Part shown: piece after piece, positions 23,658 through 32,000 of the stretch
Position numbering within the stretch: the first letter of the stretch is position 1
Layout: the number at the start of each line of letters is the position of its first letter
Origin: Sinorhizobium meliloti
GTDB taxonomy: Bacteria > Pseudomonadota > Alphaproteobacteria > Rhizobiales > Rhizobiaceae
Direction of reading: 5' to 3'
Length of the DNA stretch: 32,000 bases
NCBI RefSeq assembly: GCF_017876815.1
Contig: NZ_JAGIOS010000001.1
Coordinates: 630,001 to 662,000 of the forward strand
Made by a program: the position numbers and the translations under genes
Notes under the pieces: generated by a model
What the model saw: the letters and a program-made list of their open reading frames with translations, nothing else
What the model was told of the DNA's origin: nothing
Databases searched by the model: none

Positions 23658-23890
23658 CCGAAGATCACTCCCCGGCTGCGCGCCCGGGCGAAGCGGCGAA
23701 GGCCGAGTTTCGCCTCGAGGTCCCGGACGTACTGACGAAGCGCTCCGATGTTGGTCGCGGCATAGGTGACGCTCTCGCCGTTATAGCTGAGCGAGACCTC
23801 GGCGCGGCCGAGCTCCATCTGGTGCAAGGCCTCACGTGCTTCGTCGAGCCGTGCCAGAAGCACGGCGCTTTCCTGTTCGGTCAGTGCCAT
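23654..23890 (-). CDS. head-tail joining protein gpW-like
   Basis: 78 aa located between the large terminase and the portal. The LxxLxxAxxAL...G..V...Y.......L..Y pattern is typical of gpW. Confidence 0.75.
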   Translation of the reverse strand: MALTEQESAVLLARLDEAREALHQMELGRAEVSLSYNGESVTYAATNIGALRQYVRDLEAKLGLRRFARARSRGVIFG

Positions 23891-23900
23891 ATGGATCTTC

Positions 23901-25943
23901 CTAGCGGTTCCGCTGCGCTGCCCGGGCGGCGCGCGCGAGGGCGGCAGCGACGAGCGGCGATTGCTGTTCTGCCGTGGCGCTCTGGCCTGCGGCAGGTTCG
24001 GTCTTGACGGCGATCTGGTTCAGACGATCCTCGAGATCGCCCTGCTGCGGCGCTTCGAGCCGGCCGAGCCGATCGGCGATCGCGTCCCATTCCTCGTCGG
24101 TCCAGTAGGGCACGCCCCAGCGATAGGCACCGGCCAGGCTCTGGTTGAGCATGTCGATGATTTCGTTGCGCTTGCCCTCGCCGAGTTTCCAGACGTAGCG
24201 GGTGTGACCGCTCCGGGTCTTCTCCGGTACCCGGGCTTCCGAGGTTGCCTGCTGGTAGAAATCGTCGCCGAAGCCGCGGGCGAAACGGATATAGCCCGCC
24301 TGCTCCAGATCGTCCTTCTTGTAGTCCCGATAGAGCCGGATCTTGAAGGCCGAGGCGTTGAAGGTGAAGAACCGGGATGACCACTTCTGCTTTTTCGGCT
24401 TGCCCTTCCGGTCATACTCTTTCGTCTGCACGATCGGCGGCGCGGCCTCCGTATTGCCGCCGCGCACCATGATAACGCGCGACTTCGGATGCTTGCGGAC
24501 CCAGTTCCAGACATCGTCAGTATAGGCGTTGCCATCGATCGCCACCCGGTCGGCAGTGCGCTTCCGGCCGGCATCGTCGAGCCATTCGCGCTGGAGCAGC
24601 CGATCGAGGGCGGCGCGAACCTCCGGCTCGGAGATATGGCCGGAATGTTCCTTCGCGTCTGCCAGGTGACTGCCGGCGCGATGGTCGACGACGCCGTGAT
24701 CTATGACGGCCCGGTACCGATTCCGGCCGTAGCCGACGAGCAGCCACTCGACACGATCGCCCTGCACGTCCATTCCGAACACCAGCGCCAACGCCTCGGC
24801 CGGGATGACGCCGCGCGCGAAACCCTGATCCTCGGCGCGATCGCGGAGCACTTCCCAGTCGATCGCCTTGTTGTCCGCCTCGAAAGCGAGCCCGAGCCAG
24901 TCGTTCCAGAACGTCTGCTCGGCGCCGGAGCCCTTTTCCCGGTTCTCCGGGCCACCGGCCTGGACCGTCAGCCACTCGCGCGCCAGGTTCTCCCAGCGCT
25001 CGAAGGGCGAATAGGCCATCCAGATGCGGAAGGACCGATGGCGGCGGCCGCGCTCCGGATATTTGGCGACCCACTTCGCGCCGTTTTCCGGCTTCACCAT
25101 CCATTCGCGATGGTGCTCGTGGATCTCGCAGCCGCAATGGATGCAGACGAAATGCGCCTGCTCGGGATGCTCGGGATCGATGTGATCCCGCATGTTCTCC
25201 CAGCGCAGCTCCTGCAGCTCGTGGCAGTGCGGACACGGGACGTGATAGGTTTCCTGCGTCCCTTCCTGATAGTTCGACGTGATCTTGCAGCCGGGCGAAA
25301 CCATCGGCGTCGAGATCTTGAAGATCTTGCCGTTGAAAAACGCCTTGCTGCGGCTGTCCGCCTGAACCTCCGGATCACCGGCCTCGTTCATCTGCCACTT
25401 GGCAAGATCGTCCTGGACCTGCTTTCGCGGCGAGATCATCGACAGGCCTGCCGGCGAGTTGGCGCCGGCAGCCTGGATGGCGCCGCGCCCGTCGATGCGC
25501 TCCTTGTAGAGCACCGAATTGCTCGCATCGCGGCTGTTCTGGGAAAACAGCTTGGCGATCCCAGGCATCTCGCGCACCAGCGGCATCAGCTTCGTCTTCG
25601 ACCAGCGGGCGGCGTTTTCCTCGGTCGGGTGGACATAGAGGAAATCGCCGGGCGCCATGTCGAGCGAGCCGAGCGTGAAGATGTTGGCGCAGATGGTGCC
25701 GCCGATCTGCGCCGACTTCGCCAAGCTGACGATGTTGCACGGATCTTCCGGCGATAGCGCCCGCAGGATCTCAGAGAAGAACGGCACCAAGTCTTCGTTG
25801 TACGGCCCCGGATGGTCCGTGATGCGTTCCGAGAACACGATGTTCCGCTTCGCCCAGTCGAGATAATCGACTGCTGGCGGCGGCTCGCAGATCTCGGCAA
25901 GTACGCTGAGAGCGAGCCGCTCGGGATTGAACAGCACGGTCAT
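23901..25943 (-). CDS. terminase large subunit, lambda gpA family
   Basis: 680 aa. Has the CPHCHELQEL...FVCIHCGCEI zinc-ribbon insertion and the overall gpA-like layout. ATGA overlap with the small subunit gene. Confidence 0.9.
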   Translation of the reverse strand: MTVLFNPERLALSVLAEICEPPPAVDYLDWAKRNIVFSERITDHPGPYNEDLVPFFSEILRALSPEDPCNIVSLAKSAQIGGTICANIFTLGSLDMAPGDFLYVHPTEENAARWSKTKLMPLVREMPGIAKLFSQNSRDASNSVLYKERIDGRGAIQAAGANSPAGLSMISPRKQVQDDLAKWQMNEAGDPEVQADSRSKAFFNGKIFKISTPMVSPGCKITSNYQEGTQETYHVPCPHCHELQELRWENMRDHIDPEHPEQAHFVCIHCGCEIHEHHREWMVKPENGAKWVAKYPERGRRHRSFRIWMAYSPFERWENLAREWLTVQAGGPENREKGSGAEQTFWNDWLGLAFEADNKAIDWEVLRDRAEDQGFARGVIPAEALALVFGMDVQGDRVEWLLVGYGRNRYRAVIDHGVVDHRAGSHLADAKEHSGHISEPEVRAALDRLLQREWLDDAGRKRTADRVAIDGNAYTDDVWNWVRKHPKSRVIMVRGGNTEAAPPIVQTKEYDRKGKPKKQKWSSRFFTFNASAFKIRLYRDYKKDDLEQAGYIRFARGFGDDFYQQATSEARVPEKTRSGHTRYVWKLGEGKRNEIIDMLNQSLAGAYRWGVPYWTDEEWDAIADRLGRLEAPQQGDLEDRLNQIAVKTEPAAGQSATAEQQSPLVAAALARAARAAQRNR

Positions 25944-26581
25944 TGCTGCTCGTCCTCGACATGCTCGTCCAACTCGGCCGCTGCGTCGGCGAAGTCGCGC
26001 GCCTTCTTGGCCCGATGGTCCCGGAACGCCTTCAGCAGCACATGGGTCGCATCATGGGTCGACACCGAGAATTGCGCGGCGATCGCCTTGGCCATCTCGG
26101 GGATGGCCTGCTCCATGACCTTGAACGCCTCGGCCACGGCCTTGACCATCTCTCGCCGGGCGTCGTCGGTCAGCATGTACCGGCCGAGCTCGAGCGCTTC
26201 CTCGCGCTCCATGCGCGCGGTGGTGATCTTTTGCTGTTTCAGCTTCTCGGCCGCGACCTCGTCAATGAACGGGTCGACGATGACGGTCGGCTTCACAGTC
26301 GCCTTCGGCTTCTCCGGCCCATCGAACGACAGCTCGGAAGCAACCGGCGCTGGCGCCGATCGCGTCGCCGTGCCGTTCGCTCCGAACCGCTGCGATGGAT
26401 CGAGGGTCTTGCGCAGCTGCTCGACCGCAACCGATGCGCGGATCTTCGCGTTCCGCCCCTCGCCTTCGAGCGCATCGCCGAAGATCTTCCGCTCGGCGAT
26501 ATACTGCGAGATGCGCCCGGCGCTGACGCCGACATGAGCCGCAAACGCGCTCTTCGTCATGATGTCAGCTGCAAGGCTCAT
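25940..26581 (-). CDS. terminase small subunit, Nu1-like winged-HTH N-terminus
   Basis: TKSAFAAHVGVSAGRISQYIAERKIF parallels lambda Nu1 KKQLADIFGASIRTIQNWQEQGMP. Lies immediately upstream of the large subunit. No clear SD, so the exact start is uncertain. Confidence 0.7.
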   Translation of the reverse strand: MSLAADIMTKSAFAAHVGVSAGRISQYIAERKIFGDALEGEGRNAKIRASVAVEQLRKTLDPSQRFGANGTATRSAPAPVASELSFDGPEKPKATVKPTVIVDPFIDEVAAEKLKQQKITTARMEREEALELGRYMLTDDARREMVKAVAEAFKVMEQAIPEMAKAIAAQFSVSTHDATHVLLKAFRDHRAKKARDFADAAAELDEHVEDEQQ

Positions 26582-26636
26582 CTTTAGGAACGCTCGTTCT
26601 TTAGCCCGGCTCTTTAGTTTAGGCTCTGACTTTAGG
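26582..26636. repeat. cluster of five CTTTAG / TTTAGG motifs abutting the small terminase start (cosB-like binding-site candidates)
   Basis: CTTTAG at 26582, 26599 and 26612; TTTAGG at 26618; CTTTAGG at 26630. An A6 tract at 26641-26646 follows. Confidence 0.5.
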
Positions 26637-26729
26637 CTTCAAAAAATCGCTCAGACTGGACAACCTCCGCCGTGCCAAATACCCGCAGGCGGGCGGATGC
26701 CAGGAAGGACCCGCGAAACGTCGGAGGAC

Positions 26730-27476
26730 CTATCGGGCCGTCCGAACCGCCCGCTGGAAGGCGACGGCGAAATGATCGTGGACGTTAGCGACCACGTACC
26801 GCTCGACGACTTCACGCAGGCGAAGACGGATGCGATACGAGACCTGAGGCACGAACAGGATCACCGGATGGATGGCGTTCGTTGCCGGATCACGCTGGTA
26901 AACGCCCGGGTAGAGGTGCGAAGGCTGCCTCGGCACGAAGAACCGAGCGCTTTTGTAGTTCTTGTTCCGCTTGAGCGACGATGATGTGCGGGTACGGGTC
27001 GCACCAGCTCCACGATAGTCGATCTGCAGGTCGGCCATGACGCGGTTGAGAAACCCTTGCGTCATGTTGCCGTAGCGATCGAGCGGCGCCCGCTTTGCTG
27101 GCACGGCCACCAGGTTCCGCTGCATCAAACCACGATCGACGAGCTGCCGCTCGAAGGCCTTATGCGTGCGCATGCCACCTTCGATCTGCGGACCGAGAAA
27201 TGCGGTGGCAGGCAAGCCGCCCTTGGTGCGATCACCGGTCACAACAACCGCTGCCCTCAGGTTCTGCCGCGATGCCCGGTCATAGACGACGCCCCGCTTT
27301 GCGTAGGGGGTCGGCCGGTCGAAGACCCGATCCATTTCTCGCTGGACTTCGAGGCGACCACCCTTGGCCGTCTCGTTCAGCGTGAGCATAATGGCATAGG
27401 GAAGCTGCTTTCGCTCGATATCAGCCAGGGATCGATTGAACTGCTGGAGATCGACTTTGATCTGAGCATCCATCAT
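26730..27476 (-). CDS. hypothetical 248-aa protein
   Basis: Start taken at the ATGATG at 27476. The longer TTG start at 27596 has no support. The N-terminus IKVDLQQFNRSLADIERKQLPYAIMLTLNETAKGG is loosely reminiscent of HK97 gp10-type proteins; this is not verified. Confidence 0.6.
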   Translation of the reverse strand: MMDAQIKVDLQQFNRSLADIERKQLPYAIMLTLNETAKGGRLEVQREMDRVFDRPTPYAKRGVVYDRASRQNLRAAVVVTGDRTKGGLPATAFLGPQIEGGMRTHKAFERQLVDRGLMQRNLVAVPAKRAPLDRYGNMTQGFLNRVMADLQIDYRGAGATRTRTSSSLKRNKNYKSARFFVPRQPSHLYPGVYQRDPATNAIHPVILFVPQVSYRIRLRLREVVERYVVANVHDHFAVAFQRAVRTAR

Positions 27477-27643
27477 CGGCTTCTCTCGTCTGGCGCCATT
27501 ACAGCGCCGGGGTGCATGGCCGCCTCCATCGCTAAATGCGAAACCCGCCGGTCTGTCGTCCAGCGGGTCGAACCTGATCTTTTCTACTGTGGCCAAGCTA
27601 TGTCAACTTTCTGCCGCGCGCAACAACGTGCAGAAATTTCTAT

Positions 27644-28438
27644 TTATCCAACTTTGTCAGTGGTTTGCGCAATTCCGACAGCCAGTTTCCATGGTGCTCG
27701 GTTCGGGCGAAATGGCAGCAGTTCGTGAGAGGAAAGGCACTTCGGAGCCGAAAGGCGAAGGTGCAGCAGCTCTAAAGTGGACTGCCACAGCTGCCAATCG
27801 AGGCGGGAAAGGACATCACCACGGATGGACCGATCAAGGCACCACTTGCGATAAGCGCCTTTGTACGGGCGCTGGCGACGCTGATCGAAGCCATTGTCCT
27901 CGTATTCATAGATCTTGCCGGTACGATCCTTCGCCTTCCGCATGACGAACCACGCCGGCTTGCCCCGATGCTCGACCATGACGGTCTTCGGTGCATTGCC
28001 TTGCCAGGTCGGACCACGGTCCAGCACTGCCGAGGTTATGACCAGCGACAGGATATGGCGCCCACTCAGGCGATCGGCGCGCTTACGCTGCTCGGCGGCC
28101 AGCTTCTCGACGGCCTCCGCGATCAGCCCAAGCTCATCGATCCAATCAGGGACGGGATTCCATCCGTCCGCAATCTCGAAGCCTTCATGGGCCAGGGCGC
28201 GCACCGCGTCGCCGACCACAACTGCGTCGGCGGCCGGCTCGCCCTCGTAAACGAAGCCCGGGATGGCGCCGTACACGTTCGGGCTGCGGTCGACCATCGT
28301 TCCAAGCGCTGCCATCTCCAGCATGCCACTCCAGGCGACGCTATATCCCGGTCCAGCGTAAGTGCCGCCAGAGCCGACCTTGCCGAGTTCCTTCGTAAAA
28401 GCCCAGGTCAGGAGAGCTTCGATGGTTATTTTCTTCAT
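27644..28438 (-). CDS. hypothetical 264-aa protein, first gene after the AT-rich repeat region
   Basis: ATG at 28438 is preceded by AGGAA. No family recognised. The 285-aa track extension was trimmed. Confidence 0.65.
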   Translation of the reverse strand: MKKITIEALLTWAFTKELGKVGSGGTYAGPGYSVAWSGMLEMAALGTMVDRSPNVYGAIPGFVYEGEPAADAVVVGDAVRALAHEGFEIADGWNPVPDWIDELGLIAEAVEKLAAEQRKRADRLSGRHILSLVITSAVLDRGPTWQGNAPKTVMVEHRGKPAWFVMRKAKDRTGKIYEYEDNGFDQRRQRPYKGAYRKWCLDRSIRGDVLSRLDWQLWQSTLELLHLRLSAPKCLSSHELLPFRPNRAPWKLAVGIAQTTDKVG

Positions 28439-28448
28439 CTTCAATTCC

Positions 28449-28468
28449 TTCTGACCAGTTCTGACCAG
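28449..28468. repeat. tandem TTCTGACCAG x2, overlapping the RBS region of the downstream gene
   Basis: Exact 10-bp tandem repeat. 28456-28468 (CAGTTCTGACCAG) is a perfect inverted partner of 28677-28689. Confidence 0.8.
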
Positions 28469-28676
28469 TAGATGACTAGTTGAATGTAGGGTTTTAGACA
28501 TTGAAATCAGCTAGTTAGATCAGTCTGACGAGTTCAGGTTACATCACCCATGCTTTTCCCTCCGAACCTCCCCAACGCCCTATATATGAACGTGCGATAA
28601 CCCGTCACAACTCATCATCCCCATTGTTTTCATTGCACTTTCTGCCCTTGAGAACTCATCATCAACTCGTCACGAA

Positions 28677-28697
28677 CTGGTCAGAACTGATCCTGAA
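28677..28697. repeat. inverted copy CTGGTCAGAACTG plus a degenerate second unit
   Basis: A 13-bp perfect inverted repeat of 28456-28468, lying 27 nt downstream of the primase-helicase stop. Confidence 0.8.
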
Positions 28698-28715
28698 AGA
28701 GGGGTTACGGGGAAG

Positions 28716-30524
28716 CTACGGCAGGTCGTCGGGCCAAGGCTCGTTCGGATCGAAGCGACCGGCAGGAGGCCCGCGCATGCTGCTGCCGCTCGGCACGTTC
28801 TTGAGCCGGACCCCGAAGTAGACGACGCCCGTCGCGGTTCGCTCCTTACGGAATTTCTTCGACATGACGCGGCCAAACGCGGTGACGTTCATCGGCTTGC
28901 CGCCCTGGTCGACCGTGTCGTCGCAATAGGCCTGATAGAGATCCTTGCCCTGTAGCGGGTCAGCATTCGCATCTCGCTCGATGCACCGGCCGACGAAGCC
29001 CGCTGTGCGGTCCATGTCGTCACGATACTCCTGCGTCGCCTTCTCGACCGCCTCCGGGATCACGAGGCCTTCGCGGAGGAAGATGTGCGCGCCCTCGATC
29101 AGCCAGTTGAGGATGCCCGGGTGCTCCGGCTCGAACGATGAGACAATCTCCTCGAACTCGCGCCGGTCCTCTTTGGCGATCTTGTTCGGCCAATGGATAA
29201 CGGCCATGCGTCGCCAAATACCATCGTCGGTGCCCGTAATACGGGGATAGCCGTTACCGCTCATGATGGCGATGAAGATCGGCAGGAAGTCGGTATAGCC
29301 GGAAAAGAGATCGCGCGCGGTGATCGTCTCGCCGCCCGTCAGCTCCTTCACGAGGTTCTCGCGTAGATCCTCGCCCTCAGGCAGCTCCTTGACGCGCAGG
29401 AGGCGCCGGCCGTGCAGACGCGCCAGGTCAGGGCTGGCACTGCCGGACGATCCGCCTTCGCCGATCAAGCTCGTCGCCGGCAGTGTCACTGCGACGTCGC
29501 CGAGCAGCCGGCAGAGGGTTTCCATGTAGACGGATTTGCCGTTGGCGCCGTCGCCGTAATGGAAGAACAGGTATTGCACCGTGATGCCAAGAAGACCGAG
29601 GCCGGAGCTAACCTGCACCAGGCGCCGCACATCCTTGTCCGGCAGCTTGCTTTCGATGAAGGCCATCCACTTCGGGCACTTCGCCTCCGGCCGGTAACGC
29701 ACCGGAACGATATGGGTGATCATGTCCCGTCGACGATGGCCCGGGATCACCTCGAGGGATGAATCTACGCAGGCATCGATGTATTCCGGCGCATCCGGCG
29801 TCTCGCTCACACTCTTGTGGCGTGGGTTCTTTCGCCGCTCGGTTTTCCGGTGGAAGACCAGCGTCGCATTCTGCACCGCCACCATCATCCGGTTTGCGTT
29901 GAAGTCGTTCGGCGAGCGCATGATATGCGGTGCGGCGCAGGAGAGCGCCGCCTGCATCTTCGCCACATTCTTCGATGTCACGGCGTGGTCGAGCCGGCGC
30001 TTGACACGTTTGCCATGGGCCTCCTCCGCCTTCTCGGCCGCAATCGCGAGCCGCTTTTCGGTCGGGTTGCGATCCTCCTCCGGCTTCTTTCGCGCCTCGA
30101 TCGCCTTGTCTATGAACATCTGCTCGAATGCGTTCGGCTTGATGTAGGCAACCTCGCGCGCGATCCGGTCGCCGAGGCGCTGCGCGATCGCCGTCGCCTT
30201 CGGGCCGCCGTTGGAAACATCCCAATGCGAACCGGTCCAGACGGCGAAGGCGGGCTGCTTCGCCTTCTCCTGCGCCAGGACGATGAAGTCCGTACCGAAG
30301 TGTGTGATCAGCCGCTTGCCATTGTCAGTGTCGGAGTGGTCGAACTCAGCGCAATACTCGACGGCCGCTTCATTCGGCTTCAGATCGGCCGAGAGGTGAG
30401 CCGGCGGCTCGTCCGAAGGACCAAGAGGGGTTTCGGGGTTTTCGGGCTCCCGCTGCGCGGAGAATTCTTCCAGTTTTTGCGCGACATCCTCAGGGAGGGT
30501 CGGCCGCTTCTTGCGTTCCGCCAC
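28716..30524 (-). CDS. P4-family / D5-type primase-helicase (SF3 NTPase)
   Basis: 602 aa. Walker A HYGDGANGKS, followed by LRVKELPEG (Walker B-like). A D5_N-like region lies upstream. Typical phage/plasmid primase P4-family C-terminal layout. Confidence 0.85.
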   Translation of the reverse strand: MAERKKRPTLPEDVAQKLEEFSAQREPENPETPLGPSDEPPAHLSADLKPNEAAVEYCAEFDHSDTDNGKRLITHFGTDFIVLAQEKAKQPAFAVWTGSHWDVSNGGPKATAIAQRLGDRIAREVAYIKPNAFEQMFIDKAIEARKKPEEDRNPTEKRLAIAAEKAEEAHGKRVKRRLDHAVTSKNVAKMQAALSCAAPHIMRSPNDFNANRMMVAVQNATLVFHRKTERRKNPRHKSVSETPDAPEYIDACVDSSLEVIPGHRRRDMITHIVPVRYRPEAKCPKWMAFIESKLPDKDVRRLVQVSSGLGLLGITVQYLFFHYGDGANGKSVYMETLCRLLGDVAVTLPATSLIGEGGSSGSASPDLARLHGRRLLRVKELPEGEDLRENLVKELTGGETITARDLFSGYTDFLPIFIAIMSGNGYPRITGTDDGIWRRMAVIHWPNKIAKEDRREFEEIVSSFEPEHPGILNWLIEGAHIFLREGLVIPEAVEKATQEYRDDMDRTAGFVGRCIERDANADPLQGKDLYQAYCDDTVDQGGKPMNVTAFGRVMSKKFRKERTATGVVYFGVRLKNVPSGSSMRGPPAGRFDPNEPWPDDLP

Positions 30525-30525
30525 G

Positions 30526-31755
30526 TCAATACCTCGTCATCAATGCTGAAAAATCCATGCCGACCGGTGGGCACCAGGTCTCGATCGTTCGGCCCTCTCG
30601 GGCCAGACGCTTTTCGGCGCGCACCATCGCGGCCGCAGTGAAGACCGCTTCGCTGTCACCGTCGGCGAGCAGCACGAGCTCGGCGACGTGATCCGCCACC
30701 TGCATCGCTTCATCGGGCGCCTGGTCGGCCTTAGGGACCGGCCCCGCGACCATCACACGCCTTTGCTTGCCGTTCTTGTCCGCCTTAGTCAGGCTCGGAT
30801 GCGCAAAACGAGATTCTGGATCAGCTGGGCCGGTAAGGTTGCCGAGGTCGCCGGCCGCGAAATAGAAGGTGTCCTTCCGGAACCGCTCGGCGCCGGCGAT
30901 TGCAAGGCCATTCTCGATACCTTCGCCACCAACCCATCGGTTCGACGACATCAGCCCAAAAAGCGGGATCAAGGAGCCACGTTTCGTGCCGCGCACCTTC
31001 TTCGTCGGCAGAGGCTCGCCCTTGTCGTCTCGGCCGAGATCCGGCCGGAACTTCGGCTCGAGGCTCATGTCGATCCATGTCTGGTGGCAACCGGTGACGT
31101 GCCCAGCCAGGTCGACGAAGGGCGCGACCATCGCCACGCCGACATGACGCGCGATTTCATGACCGCGATCGTCGCGGCCGTGCCAATAGGTGCAACGCGC
31201 ATTGCTGCGCAAATAAGCGAACACCACAGCTGGCATGTTATAGCCGGTGCGCGCCCTCAGATATGCGGCAACATCCGGATGCGGCTCGACCGAGGCATTG
31301 AAGAAGATGCCGCGCGATTGCTTCACTTCGCGGTCGCGATAGGCGTTGTTCTGCTTTTCTCGCTCGGCGGCCGCAGCCTCGTTCTTCGCCCTTTGCGCCG
31401 CGATCCGCTGGCGACGCTCGGCAATCTGGTCTTCGGTCTCGCGTTCGGCCTCATTCGGCAAAGGCTTGCCGAGGACCTCGGCGCAGGCCGTGAGAAAACC
31501 GGCGCGCGACCGCAGGTCGATATGCCCGGCATGGGCAACGAGGCTGATGCCGTCCTTGCCACCGATCCCGCAGCTGCGGCAGTTCCAGGCGCCCTTGATG
31601 CTGCTGATCGCAAAACGGTCCTTGCCCTGGCAGACCGGGCACGGCCCCGCGTGATTGCCCTTGAAGGTCGGGCCGACGAGGCCGAGCGAGAACGCTGCGT
31701 CGACGACGCTCACGCCGCGCGCTTCTTCGATGAAGAGCTCGATCGCGGTAGTCAT
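30526..31755 (-). CDS. CHC2 zinc-finger plus Toprim-domain protein (primase-like)
   Basis: GPCPVCQGKDRFAISSIKGAWNCRSCG is a zinc finger. GGEGIENGLA and VLLADGDSE are Toprim acidic motifs. Stop and start are tightly packed with the helicase gene. Confidence 0.75.
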   Translation of the reverse strand: MTTAIELFIEEARGVSVVDAAFSLGLVGPTFKGNHAGPCPVCQGKDRFAISSIKGAWNCRSCGIGGKDGISLVAHAGHIDLRSRAGFLTACAEVLGKPLPNEAERETEDQIAERRQRIAAQRAKNEAAAAEREKQNNAYRDREVKQSRGIFFNASVEPHPDVAAYLRARTGYNMPAVVFAYLRSNARCTYWHGRDDRGHEIARHVGVAMVAPFVDLAGHVTGCHQTWIDMSLEPKFRPDLGRDDKGEPLPTKKVRGTKRGSLIPLFGLMSSNRWVGGEGIENGLAIAGAERFRKDTFYFAAGDLGNLTGPADPESRFAHPSLTKADKNGKQRRVMVAGPVPKADQAPDEAMQVADHVAELVLLADGDSEAVFTAAAMVRAEKRLAREGRTIETWCPPVGMDFSALMTRY

Positions 31756-32000
31756 AGCGCACCTGCCGGCGCACTCGCCAAAACCGACGTACGCTCTGCG
31801 CCTGCGCGCAACGGCGCCAGATCACGATCGTCGGCGGCGCGGAAATGTCCGCAACGCTCAAGAGACGTCAGCGCGAGATAGAGCGGATGACGACCAGGCA
31901 GCGGCCAGAACATGCGGCCGAGGCTGATGAAGGCGGTGCCATCTTGCCAGCCGAGCAGCCCATACAAGGTGCTGATCAAGCGGATGCGGTTGAGGTTCGC
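31752..32000 (-). CDS. hypothetical protein, 5'-truncated by the window edge
   Basis: The frame is open to nt 32000. Its stop overlaps the next start (ATGA). No family recognised. Confidence 0.5.
   Translation of the reverse strand, partial: ANLNRIRLISTLYGLLGWQDGTAFISLGRMFWPLPGRHPLYLALTSLERCGHFRAADDRDLAPLRAGAERTSVLASAPAGAL

Noticed and set aside
26582-26636. CRISPR-like or other array interpretation of the CTTTAG repeats.
   Set aside because: The units are only 6-7 bp with irregular 6-17 bp spacing. That is far too short for CRISPR repeats, and the position upstream of the small terminase fits protein-binding sites.
28449-28697. MITE interpretation of the repeat-flanked AT-rich region.
   Set aside because: No target-site duplication is visible outside the inverted repeats, and the left repeat is itself tandem. 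Iteron or operator function next to a P4-type helicase seems more likely, but a MITE cannot be excluded without a genome-wide copy search.

Overview
High-GC (about 60-64% by eye) alphaproteobacterial-style DNA. Nearly all of it is the replication-proximal and late/structural part of a temperate siphophage-like prophage transcribed right to left (minus strand). Minus-strand order: a partial ORF, a zinc-finger/Toprim protein, a P4/D5-type primase-helicase, a 277-bp AT-rich gap with repeats (ori or operator candidate) and two unknown genes. Next come a cos-like CTTTAG repeat cluster, a Nu1-like small terminase, a gpA-like large terminase, gpW, a lambda-type portal, an S49 (gpC-like) protease, an acidic scaffold, a gpD-like decoration protein, a gpE-like major capsid protein and connector genes. 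A GTA/TP901-1-like tail module follows: terminator, tube, a G/GT chaperone pair with a lambda-identical G GGA AAG -1 slip site, tape measure, distal tail, hub, NlpC/P60 peptidase and a 915-aa J-like host-specificity protein. Then comes a lower-GC receptor-binding region: a signal-peptide mini-gene carrying a copy of the J C-terminus, a 504-aa orphan, and a tail fibre with an S74 self-cleaving chaperone. A 1414-bp IS701-family element splits this region. The left end holds a lysis cassette (GH19 endolysin with C-terminal TM helices plus two membrane proteins), an RNAP alpha-CTD-like mini-protein, and a tRNA 3'-end-like fragment at 1314-1335 that may mark the prophage end. Three short opposite-strand inserts (3536-3751, 12418-12690, 16055-16285) sit inside the late operon like morons. 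No rRNA, complete tRNA, CRISPR array or reverse transcriptase was seen. All family calls come from motif recognition by eye and gene order; no searches were run.
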